In this document: piece after piece, positions 1 through 12,427 of the stretch
Layout of the letters: the number at the start of each line of letters is the position of its first letter
Position numbering within the stretch: position 1 is the first letter of the stretch
Origin: Octopus sinensis
Taxonomy: Eukaryota
Length of the DNA: 64,000 bases
NCBI RefSeq assembly: GCF_006345805.1
Contig: NW_021832538.1
Location: 48,151-112,150, forward strand
Reading direction: 5' to 3'
The notes under the pieces: generated by a model
Told to the model about the DNA's origin: nothing
Database searches by the model: none
Seen by the model: the letters and a program-made list of their open reading frames with translations, nothing else
Program-made: the position numbers and the translations under genes

Positions 1-206
1 AATTTTGGCACCAGGCCAGCGAGTTCAGGGAAGGGGCCAGGTTGGTTACATTGACCCCAGTGATTGACTGGTAGTTATTTTATCAATCCTGAAAAGGATG
101 AAAGGCAAAGTTAACCTCAGCAGAATCTGAGCTCAGAAGGTAAGGACAGATGATATGCCGCCAAGCATTTTACCTGGTGTGCCAATAATTCTGCCAGCTT
201 GCCACC
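1..206 (-). mobile_element. SINE family A, diverged copy, cut by window edge
   Basis: Reverse-complement match to the family A head and core (AAGGATGAAAGGCAAAG, CTGCCAGCTTGCC). Confidence 0.75.
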
Positions 207-358
207 CTGCCAGAGGCAATATATTCACCATTTTATATTCTATACTCTGCACAATGACTGTTCAATGAACATCTATGACATAGTCTTCACTTATACACAC
301 AGTTCATACTTTATACTTTCCACGCAGTAGATTCTTGCATATAATTCACACATACATT

Positions 359-515
359 ACACTCTTGGAGTGGTTGGCGTTAGGAAGGGCATCCAGCTGT
401 AGAAACTCTGCCAGACCAGATTGGAACCTGGTGCAGCCATCTGGCTCTCCAGACCTCAGTCAAACCATCCAACCCATGCTAGCATGGAAAGCGAACATTA
501 ATCGATAACGATGAT
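359..515 (+). mobile_element. Family E retroposon 3' end with (GAT)n tail
   Basis: GGAGTGGTTGGCGTTAGGAAGGGCATCCAGCTGTAGAAAC...AACCCATGCTAGCATGGAAA; recurs at 1714, 7880, 17985 and 18908. Confidence 0.85.
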
Positions 516-519
516 ATAT

Positions 520-900
520 TACTCTTTTACTTGTTTCAGTCATTTGACTGCGGCCATGCTGGAGCATCGCCTTTAGTCGAGCAAATCGACCCCGGGACTT
601 ATTCTTTGTAAGCCTAGTACTTATTCTATCGGTCTCTTTTGCCGAACCGCTAAGTGACGGGTACATAAACACACCAGCATCGGTTGTCAAGCAATGCTAG
701 GGGGACAAACACACACACACATACATATATATATACATATATACGACGGGCTTCTTTCAGTTTCCGTCTACCAAATCCACTCACAAGGCTTTGGTCGGCC
801 CGAGGCTATAGCAGAAGACACTTGCCCAAGGTGCCACGCAGTGGGACTGAACCCGGAACCATGTGGTTGGTAAGCAAGCTACTTACCACACAGCCACTCT
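520..900 (-). mobile_element. SINE family B (tRNA-like head, internal microsatellite, GAGTAAAA tail)
   Basis: Near full-length match to the 11 other copies listed. Confidence 0.9.
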
Positions 901-999
901 ATATGTAGTTTCAGAAGACATAGGACCATAGGGCAGTAAAATATGATCTTCAGTTGATGAGTCTCTCACAAAGGTGATGACAAGTGACCGAGACTTCTG

Positions 1000-1193
1000 G
1001 TAATTGGCTGTGCTTTAGGAGACATGATGTCAAGCTAAGTGAAATCGTGGTCGTGGCCGGTACCAGTGACTTGTAAAAGACACCCCAGCACACTCTGCAG
1101 GGTGGTTGACATTAGGAAGAGCATCCAGCCATAGGAACCAAGCCAAAACAGATGACTGGTGCAGCACTCCGGCTGTTAAATGATGATGATGAT
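1000..1193 (+). mobile_element. Family E, diverged and internally deleted
   Basis: GGTGGTTGACATTAGGAAGAGCATCCAGCC followed by a GATGATGAT tail. Confidence 0.7.
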
Positions 1194-1194
1194 A

Positions 1195-1710
1195 TATTTA
1201 AAAAAGTTCAGACTTATCCATGCTTATATACAGCCCATTCCTAAATTTAATCTACATAATACAGATTCCTTGTATTGTACATACAGTTCATACTTATATA
1301 ATTTATACAATATACAATCCACATTTATATAAACTATACTTTTATATAGTCTCTACTTCTATGCAGTTCATACTCATATATAGTCTATACTCATTTTGAA
1401 TCCAAACCATACATTCTTATATATACAGTTCATATTTATATCATTTATATGATATACACACCATACAGTACAAGGTTCATACTACTATTTAATCCTTACA
1501 GTATATAGTTTATATTAATATACAGTCAAAACATAATCCATAAAATATATACTCCCTACATATATAGAGATCATACTTATTTATAATCCTTACTTGTGCA
1601 CGGTGCATACTGACATACATACACTCTGTTCTTATATACAGCCCAAAATCCTAAGCAGTCCATACATATTATCCATACACTACACACTCCATTCTTATAT
1701 ATAATCGTAT
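1195..1710. repeat. Cryptic degenerate repeat, TACAGTTCATACTTATAT-like
   Basis: Motif recurs irregularly here and at about 225-355. Confidence 0.5.
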
Positions 1711-1713
1711 ATA

Positions 1714-1888
1714 TGGCACGTAAAAAGCACCCTTGGAGTGGTTGGCGTTAGGAAGGGCATCCAGCTGTAGAAACATTGCCAGATAAAACTGGAGCCTGGT
1801 GCAGCCTTCTGGCTTCCCAGATCCCAGTCAAACCATCCAACCCATGCTAGCATGGAGAATGGACGTTAAACGATGATGATGATGATGA
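1714..1888 (+). mobile_element. Family E retroposon 3' end
   Basis: Same body as 359-515, ending GGACGTTAAACGATGATGATGATG. Confidence 0.85.
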
Positions 1889-3324
1889 ATCCATACAATA
1901 TACAATCCAGAATGCATGAAGATGCCTTTTAAGCAGATCTTGTTGGTCTTTCTTTCTTAAGCAAGGTATGATTGTTAGATGAGTTGGTTTTATTTAGGAG
2001 TACGACTAGATGCAGCCTCTAAAACTGATCGTTAGTTCTTGATAGTTAGTAGACAGTGAATATTAATGGACAGTCAACACCTGATATTCAGTGGTAGTTG
2101 ACGGGTCTCGAGAGATTTCGTTAATAATAAATAATCAGTTTTTGATAACCAAAAAAAAACCAGTTCTGATAGTCTGTATTAATATACAGCTAGTTTTTAA
2201 TAGACAGACAGTGTTAATAAAACAGTTGGTTCTTGATAAAGAGTTGACCCTTCTTAGACTTAGTGTTAACACTCAGTTTTTGTTATTGAGTTGGGAATTT
2301 TTTTATAGACAGTCTTTAAGTAGACAATCAGCTGAGTGTCCATTATCAGAAGTGTGCAACATCTTATAGATTATGTCCTGTTGTGTTGTATGCTACCTTA
2401 GTGAAAATTCTTGGCTTTCATCTTGTCAATGAATGTAAGCAGAACACAGCACAAATTCATTGAACCTGTAATAATGGAAGACTTGACAGATGCATGATGT
2501 TTTAAAGGCCATACTGGAGTAAATGTTTGAGTATTTTTTGCACAAGTTCAATTTGAATATCATCCTCTTGCTACACAACTGCTTCACCTGGCCTGTTTAA
2601 ATCTGAGGTCAAAATTTGTGACTGTTGACAAAGGCTGCTGCATTAGGCACAGGTACAAAGGAGGAAGGTGTAAGACATGGGGTTGACAAATGACAGGTGA
2701 AGGCATAAAAGGAGGTTGCATCTCGTACTCGTCTCCTGAGACTGATGATGGGGAACCAAATGAACATCTGTGAACAAAATTTTACAATCAGTTAAAAGAT
2801 ACTTTAAAAATCTTTGGTATTCAACTTGAATATTTAATTCTTGAACTTTCAACACAATCTCCTTATTCAACCATTCCAATGGTTTTTGGAGAAGTTGAGT
2901 GATTGGTAAATATGAGACTCTCTCATTGTGCTGATGTCATGGAAAGTGCATTCCACTTACACTGTAAAGTGGTTAGTGAATGAGTAGAGAAAACATGGGA
3001 TTGTGAGGTTCCTTTGGTTCTGTCTCACAAATACCTACTTCACCTCTCTAGTGTTGGGGCCACAAGAAAATGCACCCAAAACACTCTGTAAACTATTAGT
3101 AACAGAAAAGGCATCCAACTACAGAAACCAAACCAAATGGCAAATACGAGCTCTAGTCTCTGAAAGCAGTGGTTTCCAGTAAGAAATGACTGTTGTGACC
3201 CATCCAACAAAAGCCAGCCTGAGAAACAGATGTAAAATGATGTATGGTGATGTATCTACTTTGACAAATTTCACATTCAACGGTGAAGTTTGTCATAGTC
3301 TCTAAAGCAGTAAGTTAATGATTG

Positions 3325-3438
3325 TTTGAAAGAACATTGTGACTTTTAAAAATATTTTATCAGTTACTCAAATGGAAGGGCAATGCCCACATCCTTTTCA
3401 AGGCAGGGCCTCTGAGTTTGACAAGAAAGAAAGAAGAC
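3325..3438. repeat. 114-bp segment duplicated at 4590-4706
   Basis: TTTGAAAGAACATTGTGAC...AAGAAGAC occurs twice with about 4 differences. Confidence 0.9.
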
Positions 3439-4386
3439 AATACCATCAAGTCAGAGATCTGGCCTAAGTGATTGCCATAGAATAAACTCTTCCGTTGTAG
3501 GCCAAGGACCAGATGGTGTTAAACTGGATACTGAAGTCTATCATCCAATTAGACCTTGGCAAGATTTAAAGAACCAGACCAAATGTCACAAGGCATCTAT
3601 TCAATGTTCTAAGGTCTCTTCACAAAACTTAACAGGTACTTCCACCTTGTAAGAATAAAATGTGTAGTTGACCTTGGTGTGGGTGAGCATGTTGGGTAGA
3701 TTTGAATTCAGAACACATGGGTCCACAATAAATACCACAAAGCAGTGTCTGATGCTCTGAAGACCCTAAACCCTTTCACCACCATGAAGGGATATCGTTG
3801 AAATATAACATCATTTGTGAAAGATGACCAGAATGGTTTGTTTTATAGACTTTTAGTCTCAAATCTTTGGGTTTGATATTCCTGAAACATGTTTTCATCT
3901 GAGCAAAAGAATAAAACCTTTCATTTGTCAGTCTTTGTAATAGATTTTGATTAATTGATTTCCCAATTACAGAAATTGCCTTCGTCTTTCTAAGTCAGTT
4001 TCCGGAAATCATTTGCAACTCACAGGATCATCAGATTTTGGGAGAAACCAACAGGTGGAAAAGACAGATTGGTCGTGACTGGAATGCCTTTCTGATCATA
4101 GGTTTGTTTCGTCAGAGCTAACCTGGGGAACACAATGATGGTCAGTTTGATAATCAATTTTGTAAAGTTTCAGGAAAGAAACATTCAGCACAAAGAACAT
4201 TTTTACAAAACTTTTTTTTGTTTGTTTTGGTAATGAAACTAATTGCTCTACTACTTTAAAAATAGAATACCTACTCGACCCACATTACCCTAACAATATT
4301 CACATCCCGTAATCTGCTCACCCCACATATCTTTTGGATACTAACTCCTTGTATCCTCTGCTGACTGACTCCATACAGTTCTTTTG

Positions 4387-4530
4387 TACACTTACATCTC
4401 GTAATCTCTGCTCAACTCTTACCATCCTTTACACTTACATCTCGTAATCTCTGCTCAACTCTTACCATCCTTTACACTTACATCTCGTAATCTCTGCTCA
4501 ACTCTTACCATCCCTTACACTTACATCTCG
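4387..4530. repeat. 43-bp minisatellite
   Basis: Unit TACACTTACATCTCGTAATCTCTGCTCAACTCTTACCATCCTT starts at 4387, 4430, 4473 and 4516 (partial); degenerate units extend about 4299-4745. Confidence 0.95.
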
Positions 4531-5351
4531 TAGTCACTACTGACTCGAAGCTATCCTGTAGACTTGCATCTCGTATTTTCTGCTCACTCTTTGAAAGAAC
4601 ATTGTGACTTTTAAAAATATTTTATCAGTTACTCAAATGGAAGGGCAATGCCCATATCCTTTTCAAGGCAGCAGGGCCTCTGTGTTTGACAAGAGAGAAA
4701 GAAGACTTAGTACACTTACATCTCCTAACTTCTGAGCACCCCCTTAACAAGATATCCGTGTTTATATTTTAATTTTACTACATTGTGTGTGTGTGTGTGT
4801 GTGTGTTTTAGGTACACTCACGGAGCTGGTAACCAAAGCAATGAAAACTGACCGTATAACTACGTATAAAATTAATCGCGTACGCATCCACACACACAAC
4901 AACAACAACCACAAACGCACACATATATCGATTTATACCTAAAGCGTAATCTATATAACATGACTTTACTTTGAATGTTTGCACACACGCATATACACAC
5001 ACATTATCCAGCCAACTACTCACAAATAGACACCATTATTTGGCAAGAGTATTATTGGTCAGGCCACTTGGTGGCGCTGTTATCGATACACAACAACGTC
5101 TCATTCAGCGTTTCAAAAGGTTTTCTCTTCAAAGTGTTATGTTTGTTGAAATCAATACACATAACACTTTGAAGAGGGAAAACTGTAAATATATGTGTAT
5201 TAGTGTTTGTGTGTGTGTGTGTCTACAATATGTATGCGTTTCTGTTTTGGTGTGTGTTTATTGATTTATATACACATACGCACACAAACATATATATACT
5301 CTTTCTCTCATATATATATACACACACAAAAACATACGCTTTCTCTCTCTC

Positions 5352-5356
<5 letters not shown>

Positions 5357-5414
<58 letters not shown>

Positions 5415-5427
5415 CACATGGATATAT

Positions 5428-5498
<71 letters not shown>
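5357..5498. repeat. (TA)n microsatellite
   Basis: Direct reading. Confidence 0.95.
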
Positions 5499-5506
<8 letters not shown>

Positions 5507-6026
5507 TGGTATGCATATGCTATGTATAGGCTGTTGTTGCGTGTGAAAAGCGAATGGGTAGGTTGTTTGGTATGTGTGTGTGTGTGTATGCAGTGTTTAT
5601 GCATACTAATTAATGTATGTATGTCTGCGTGTAGAGGCAGTGTTGATTGCGTGTGTATTACTGTGGTGTGGGCCCCGGGTTAGACTCGCTTCATAAACAG
5701 TCCTATGGTACCGTGTACTGTTTCCTTTTCTCTCTAGTTCTACAGCAGCCTCTGCTCTCTGAACGAGCTACCTGCACCATCTTCCTTCCTTCCTCAGAAT
5801 CTCGAAGCTTCAATGGTTTTTATGTCCCATTTATGGTGCCGTTCGAGTGGGAGGAGATGCTGCATCTGTTGTCCTTTATTCTTCATCCTTTGTCCTCGCC
5901 AAACTTTCATCTGAAAGATAAGTTCTCTGTGGGGTATGTTAATTGCTATCTAAATTATATTAGTTGTAGTATTTTACCAGATGGCGCAACCGACACATCA
6001 ATCTTGAGTCTGGTTTTATAAGCTCA

Positions 6027-6425
6027 CTAGCAGTATCGCCCGGCGTTGCTCGGGTTTGTAAGGGAAATAACTACATAAGCATTTTTAGAGTTATAGCCAA
6101 AATATAGCAAAAAAATGCATTAAAAATGGAAAAAAATGATGGTAAATTTTTTTTTAAATCATTGACTCATCGTAGACATTTTTAGAGAGTTACTTCCCTT
6201 ATACAATAGCGAAAAATGCATTAAAATGGAAAAAAAAATGATGGTAAATTTTTTTTTAAATCGTGGACTCATCGTAGACGCGCGCTAATACCCAGAAGGG
6301 CTCGATATGAATCACGACTATAAGATACCCGGTTTTGGTTACACTGCACCGCAAAATGTGGGAGTAGTTAGGAATCTAAATCGTAGGAGACAGACAGCAC
6401 ACAACCTCTCTTTTATATATAAAGA
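6027..6425 (-). mobile_element. Non-autonomous Helitron, subfamily F1
   Basis: On the minus strand: A|TC start, GC hairpin CCCGAGCAACGCCGGG 8 nt before CTAG|T end; two internal units of about 100 bp. Confidence 0.9.
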
Positions 6426-7724
6426 TTAAATTTAGAGTTAACCTGTCATGCACAAACAATTTCAAATTGATCTCTGGAAATGAAATCTGAAAACCATGGT
6501 CTTTGTGTAGTTGTAGTTGTGCATAAGTAAGATTTCAATGTTAGCTTCCACATAAAACCCATATTTATAATATTGCAGCAGTAAAGGTCATCATTTCCTC
6601 TACAATAAACAAACTGAACACCATTTATGGATCTCACAGATCTTCAAAGGTTGTTTAGAAATACTTTAGCACAGTTATTTATTTGTGTCTTACACAAATT
6701 TCTGAAATAGCGACACAATAAGCAGCAGCTGAAAATAAACATTAGGCCGTCCTACGTATGTTTTTAGCCCAGTTGTTTATCAGAAACGGTATGAATCTTT
6801 TCTATCATAACTTTGACTCACTGCGAACCTCGCCGAATAAAAGCCTGCCATTTCTCGATCAATCACCATTGGCTTTTGAGTGCCTTTAACCGATTCCACC
6901 ACTCTGTTACAACAACTTAGGCTAGAAGAACGAGGTTAGGTCTCCTGTTTGAAGATAATTTCCTTCCGCAAGTTTCAGGGACTCCCCATAAGGGACATGG
7001 CTACTGTCCCACTTCATACGGTCGGACAATCAGATGTTTACCTAGTTGGGTGTTGTGTGGCATTGTGGACATTTATTTTCACTGCTGTTTTTGTTTGTTT
7101 ACTATAGGTTCTGGAGGTAGGCATTGGTGACGCATTGTGTATGCCTATGTGAATACATATTTGTGTATGTAGGTATGTGATTTATAATGTGTGTAGAAAA
7201 TTCGTTTTGTTGTGTAAATTAAAAGTTGCACTGAAGTGACCTTCCCTGGGGAACAATGTCATTCTTCACACCACATTCTTTTAGTCTGGTGTTGTTGGTG
7301 GTGGTGGTGGTAACGGTGATGAAATATTTATATTTGTATGTGTGTCTTTATGTACATACATAGACAGTTACATAACTGCGTCTCGAGACTCAAATTGGTA
7401 CACATTGTGATGCAAACATCAGTTACATAACGTGTACACAACTTTGAAAATGGTGCTTTTGTATAAAACTTGTAAAGCGTGTAAAAGTCTTACATCTTAG
7501 AGACTAACACTGAAGCCGATTGTGTCATCATCATTAGCGGTTTAACGTCAATTTTTCTATGCTTGCCTGGGACAGACGGAATTTGAAGCAAAATTTTCTA
7601 GGGTCGGATGCCCTTGTCGGTCCTCACCAGAACCCAAATCGAGTAATATGCATATGGAGATGGTATGATGCTGAAGAATAAAGAATTAGGGAAATTTAAG
7701 AACAATATGTTTACAAAAATACAT

Positions 7725-8036
7725 GCCCATGTGCCGGTGACACGTAAAAAGCACCGTCCGAACGTGGCAGGTGCCAGCGCCGCCTGACTGGCGTCCGTGT
7801 CGGTGACACGTAAAAGCACCAACCGATCGTGGCCATTTGCCAGCCGCCCCTGTGCCGGTGGCGCGTAAAAACACCCACTACACTCACGGAGTGGTTGACG
7901 TTAGGAAGGGCATCCAGCTGTAGAAACTCTACCAGATCAGACTAGAACCTGGTGCAGCCTCCATGGCTTCCAGACCCCGGTCGAACCGTCCAACCCATGC
8001 TAGCGTGGAAAACGGACATTAAATAATGATGATGAT
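7725..8036 (+). mobile_element. Family E with upstream tandem GTGCCGGTGACACGTAAAAAGCACC units
   Basis: Three imperfect units precede the family E body and (GAT)n tail. Confidence 0.85.
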
Positions 8037-8529
8037 ACGAGATTGCACCTGGACAGATTCTATCTACCATTTGTAAGTCATTGGTGAATCTGAGACCTTT
8101 ACCATCCCATCATTTATTCGGCTTTGGGGTCACTAAGATTTTCATGGTATTGTGTGTTCTTGGGCGGGGTAGCAGAAGATTGAAAGAAACAACTCAAAAA
8201 TTTCAGAATGAAACCCCATAGATGATTTTTCGTCCAACTGCCCAATCTCCAGCCGTTTCTGACCACTACTTGTTGTTAGCTCCAGTTGATTTGGAACGGA
8301 GAAGTTTGCAGGATCTCGAGCGTGTTATGTTACTTTAAAACCCAGCTGATGTGAGCTTCTTGTTACCCCAAACAAAAATAGCGAACCTTTCTGTCCGGCG
8401 CTTGTGGGGGGAATATCACATATATCTGCAACAAGGAAGAATGTCACTGCTTCCGTAGTTCCTGCGCTGGTGGAGTGCACTCAGAGAACAGTCACGATTC
8501 TCTTCTCTACTCTGCGCGAATACATTTCC

Positions 8530-9085
8530 CTGAAATATCTTGGGTCATACATATATCATCATCTGAAAAAGATTTTCTAACTAGAAAGGGTATGGCCTGG
8601 TCAGCCTGTAATGACATGCATAAGATCTGGTCATCAAAGTAGAGATTTCAAACTTAAAATCTTCAAAGCTACTATCGAACCAATTCTACTATATGGCTCA
8701 GAAACCCGGACGTTATCAAAGAAGCTTGAGAGGCGGTTTGATGGAATCTACACTCGCCTCCTTATGAGAGCTCAAAATCTCTCATGGAAGCGCCATCCAA
8801 CCAAAATGCAAATATATGGGAAACTACCACCTGTATCATCTCTTGTGAAAGGCAGGAGAGTCCAGTTTGCTGGACATTGTTGTAGAGCTGGAAACGAAGT
8901 AATTTCTAGTCTTCTCCTCTGGAAGCCATCTGCTCGCACTACCAGAGGGCGCATGCTCTCCTACCCTGATGTAATCTCCGGGGATACAGGCATCCAGCAA
9001 CGGGACCTCCGTAATGCTATGATGGACCGTGAAGTCTGGCGTAGCATGGTAAATTCCATTGTCTCGACCACGGTCGATGAAGATG
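8530..9085 (+). mobile_element. RTE-clade LINE, 5'-truncated RT C-terminus with frameshifts
   Basis: KYLGSYI...AWSACNDMHKIWSS...IFKATIEPILLYGSET...RRVQFAGHC...DREVWR; typical RTE RT thumb and C-terminal motifs. Confidence 0.85.
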
Positions 9086-9271
9086 GCATTTCCCTGTTGA
9101 AGCGTCACCTAAGCTATCACCGGTGGACGAAGGCAATCTTCGAATACATTTATCTGTGTTCAGACTAAAGAGGGTAGGGTAGAAATTCTGCTTTGCTACC
9201 ACAAAGCAGGTCTACAGACCGCTTTACACGTTCCATCCAAGCGGTAGTGGTGACGATGGTGGCACAGATAC

Positions 9272-9302
<31 letters not shown>

Positions 9303-9616
9303 GGTGGTGGTGGGGTTATGATAACCTTAATGTTGAAGAGAAGGAAGAAAGATCAAACTCCGATAGTAATTAGATCTTTGATCATATTACCACATCTTTC
9401 TCTCTCCTCCCTCACTCGTGTGTCTGTTCTAACAAGATGCTAGACACGATATTACAGCCCTTTGTATATATATGTGTGTATATGTGTGTGTGAGGCAATG
9501 TAATTGTTGCTATTGTCTCTCTCTTTTACTGTTGTTTTATTTACAAAAGACAGTCTGACATGGCTGTGTTCATTTCAGCTATTTACTATTATTTATGATA
9601 GCTTTGTGTATATATG

Positions 9617-9912
9617 TACTCTTTTACTCTTTTACTCTTTTACTTGTTTCAGCCATCCGGCTGAGGCCATGCTGGGGCACCGCCCTTGTTGCTACCCTCT
9701 CTAAGTCCAGTTTGCCGTGGCTGGCCACTGATCTAAGAGAGAGTTTGTAGCTGCTGCCCTTAGGTTACCTTCGTACCTTGCAGTGGGTTCATCTGGGATC
9801 CCGGAAAGCAGCTTGTCTAGATGTTTTTTGAAAATGTCCACATCCGCATCATGTAGATCTCTTAGTTTTCTTGGCAGTTTGTTGAACAGCCGAGGGCCCC
9901 TGAACCCCAGGC
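9617..9912 (-). mobile_element. CR1/L2-group LINE 3' end with (GAGTAAAA)3 tail
   Basis: Minus-strand translation GFRGPRLFNKLPRKLRDLHDADVDIFKKHLDKLLSGIPDEP...RAAATNSLLDQ, then a short 3' UTR and tail. Confidence 0.8.
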
Positions 9913-9975
<63 letters not shown>

Positions 9976-10295
9976 GCGTGCATATTTGTTAACTTACACA
10001 CATATACATACATACATACATACATACATACATAATGCATACACACACATACATACATAACATACATACACATACATACATACATACATACATATACACT
10101 GTAGTAAATAACATAACATTCATAACCGCTTCAAGCAACATTACTGAGTATGCGTGTGTGTATGTATGTATGAGTGTGTGTATGCGTATTTATGGCTACG
10201 TTATATAAATGCATGTAAGTGGTTCGTACATATTTATATGTTGTTACTTAACACTTTGTGTATGCGTATGCACCCCCCCTCTTTCTATATATACA

Positions 10296-10337
<42 letters not shown>

Positions 10338-10759
10338 ATATATATATACATTATATACACATATATATATATTATATATATATATATATGTGTGTTATAT
10401 GCCTATAATTTCGTACACGATATTAGGTTACCGTTGTGGCTGTATCCACCCACCAACCCAACCACCACCACCACCACCACTACCATTCTACCACTACCCC
10501 CACCTCCCACTCCCTCGGCTCTCTCTCTTCTCTCTGTGTAGTATATAGACTTCAAACGATTCCTTTAGCCTTCACCGCCTTTTGATGTTTCTGGCGGTAA
10601 AATTTACAACATCGAATAGTCTGCCGTTGTTTTTGTTGTAAAAGTCATTGCTTGTCTTAATTGGAAACAGCGTTTTGCCTGCCTTTGCCTGCTCGAAAAC
10701 CCCCACCAGACCTTACTCCTCTTCCTCCTCCTCCGAATCCCCCTCCTCTCTTTCTCTTA

Positions 10760-11140
10760 CTAACCGTTTCTACTTCTTTCTCTCTCTCTCTTTCTTTCTT
10801 TCTTTCTCTCTCTTTCTCTCTCTCTCTCTTTCTTTCTCTCTCTGTCTCTCCCTCTTTCTCTATCTCTTTCTCTCTCTCTTTCTCTCTTTTTCTCTCTTTC
10901 TCTCTCCTTCTTTCTCTTTCTCTCTTTCTTTCTCTCTCTCTCTCTATTTCTCTCTCTCTCACTCTCTCTCTCTTTCTTTCTTTCCATCTTTCTCTCTTTC
11001 TCTTTCTCCCTTTCTCTTTTTCTCTCTTTCTTCTGTTTCTCTCTTTCTCTTTCTTTCTTTCTCTCTCTCTCTCTTTCTCTCTTTTCTCTCTTTTTCTCAC
11101 TCTCATTCTCTCACTCTCTCACACACACATACACACACAC
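10760..11140. repeat. (CT)/(CTTT) polypyrimidine microsatellite ending in (CA)n
   Basis: Direct reading. Confidence 0.95.
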
Positions 11141-11534
11141 ACGTATAGATATGCAATTGTATGGTGTGTATACATACATAGACACACGTACGCACATAAA
11201 TTCGCCCTATAAACTCTCGTCTCGTCTTTCCTTCTTCGCTCCACATAACATCATCATCATCATCATTATCATCATTGTAATAATAGACCAGACTTATCCT
11301 CTATTATTATATGTTTATTTAATATTTGAGCAGAAGAGGCACAGCATCTGACTGAAAACGCTTAGTGGTTGGTAAATAAATCTCAGTTCGTTTCTGAGTT
11401 CGAATTCTACAGAGCTCGGTTTTTTTGGGGTTTTTTTTTACTTACCATTCTTGAGAGCTCCGATGTCACCACCATGCTCCATTCTTCCTGTCTGGTTTCG
11501 TGGTTTTGCCATTATATCTCATCACACCAGGACC

Positions 11535-11543
11535 AACACCACC

Positions 11544-11583
<40 letters not shown>

Positions 11584-11621
11584 TACTACTACTACTTCTA
11601 CTACTACTACTTCTACTACTA

Positions 11622-11660
<39 letters not shown>
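11535..11660. repeat. (CAC)n/(TAC)n microsatellite
   Basis: Direct reading. Confidence 0.95.
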
Positions 11661-11662
<2 letters not shown>

Positions 11663-11772
11663 GCTCCCTTATGCTCTATGTTCAAAGCTCATGGAAATCA
11701 ACTTTTGCCGTTCATCGTTCCAGAGTCTATGAAATACCAGTTCGTACTCGGGTCCATATATAATCGAATAAA

Positions 11773-12002
11773 GCGGCGAGCTGGCAGAAACGTTAGCACG
11801 CCGGGCGAAATGCTTAGCGGTATTTCGTCTGCTGCTACGTTCTGAGTTCAAATTCCGCCGAGGTCGACTTTGCCTTTCATCCTTTCGGGGTCGATTAAAT
11901 AAGTACCAGTTACGCACTGGGGTCGATGTAATCGACTTAATCCCTTTGTCTGTCCTTGTTTGTCCCCTCTGTGTGTAGACCCTTGTGGGCAATGAAGAAA
12001 TA
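11773..12002 (+). mobile_element. SINE family A (tRNA-like head, core resembling the Deu/Nin domain)
   Basis: GGCGAGCTGGCAGAAACGTTAGC...GAGTTCAAATTCC (B box)...CTTTGCCTTTCATCCTTTCGGGGTCGAT...AAGTACCAG; domain name from recalled resemblance. Confidence 0.9.
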
Positions 12003-12225
12003 AGAAACGTTAGCACGCCAGGCGAAATGCTTAGTGGTATTTCGTCTTTCTTTACATTCTGGGTTTATATTTCGAGTTGAAATACCACCTTTAGCTTCAC
12101 CTTTCATCCTTTCAGGATCAATAAAATAATACCAGCTGAGTCCTGGGGTCGATGTAATAGATTAGCTCCCCCCACCCACTACCAAATTTCGGGCCTTTAT
12201 GCCTAGGGTAGAAAAATTAGTATCG
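12003..12225 (+). mobile_element. SINE A variant in tandem, different 3' tail
   Basis: Begins AGAAACGTTAGCACG directly after the first copy's tail. Confidence 0.75.
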
Positions 12226-12427
12226 TTATTGTTGTTGTTATTTGATCCGTGTTTCTTCTATTTTCGCTTTCTTATTCTCGCTTTCCTGCTAAAGTCTTTA
12301 GTTGTCTGAGAGTTGCGTGAGAGCCAAGAGCGATAGAAAATATCACATCTACAACAACAAAATATGTATACATACACACAGCGTGTTGTGTGTATACGTG
12401 TGTATATGTTTGTAAATATATGTATGA

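Noticed and set aside
684-908. Recurrent MSSNARGTN... and MRNWYL...RPRKDERQSRPRR peptides
   Set aside because: They are chance frames within SINE B and SINE A copies.
2400-2775. Possible minus-strand exons (also about 6818-6917, and + strand about 5738-5933)
   Set aside because: Plausible splice signals but no recognisable peptide and no consistent phase chain.
4387-4530. Regular direct repeats resembling CRISPR (also 41474-41980)
   Set aside because: Contiguous tandem units with no unique spacers, no cas genes, and a eukaryotic context.
5203-5683. Long low-complexity ORFs (also 10648-11212, 20109-20745, 28688-29074, 42629-43605, 48465-49321)
   Set aside because: They are translations of stop-free microsatellites, not genes.
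9040-9085. RTE fragment as partner LINE of family E
   Set aside because: Only TAGCATGG.AAA is shared, too little to claim a common 3' end.
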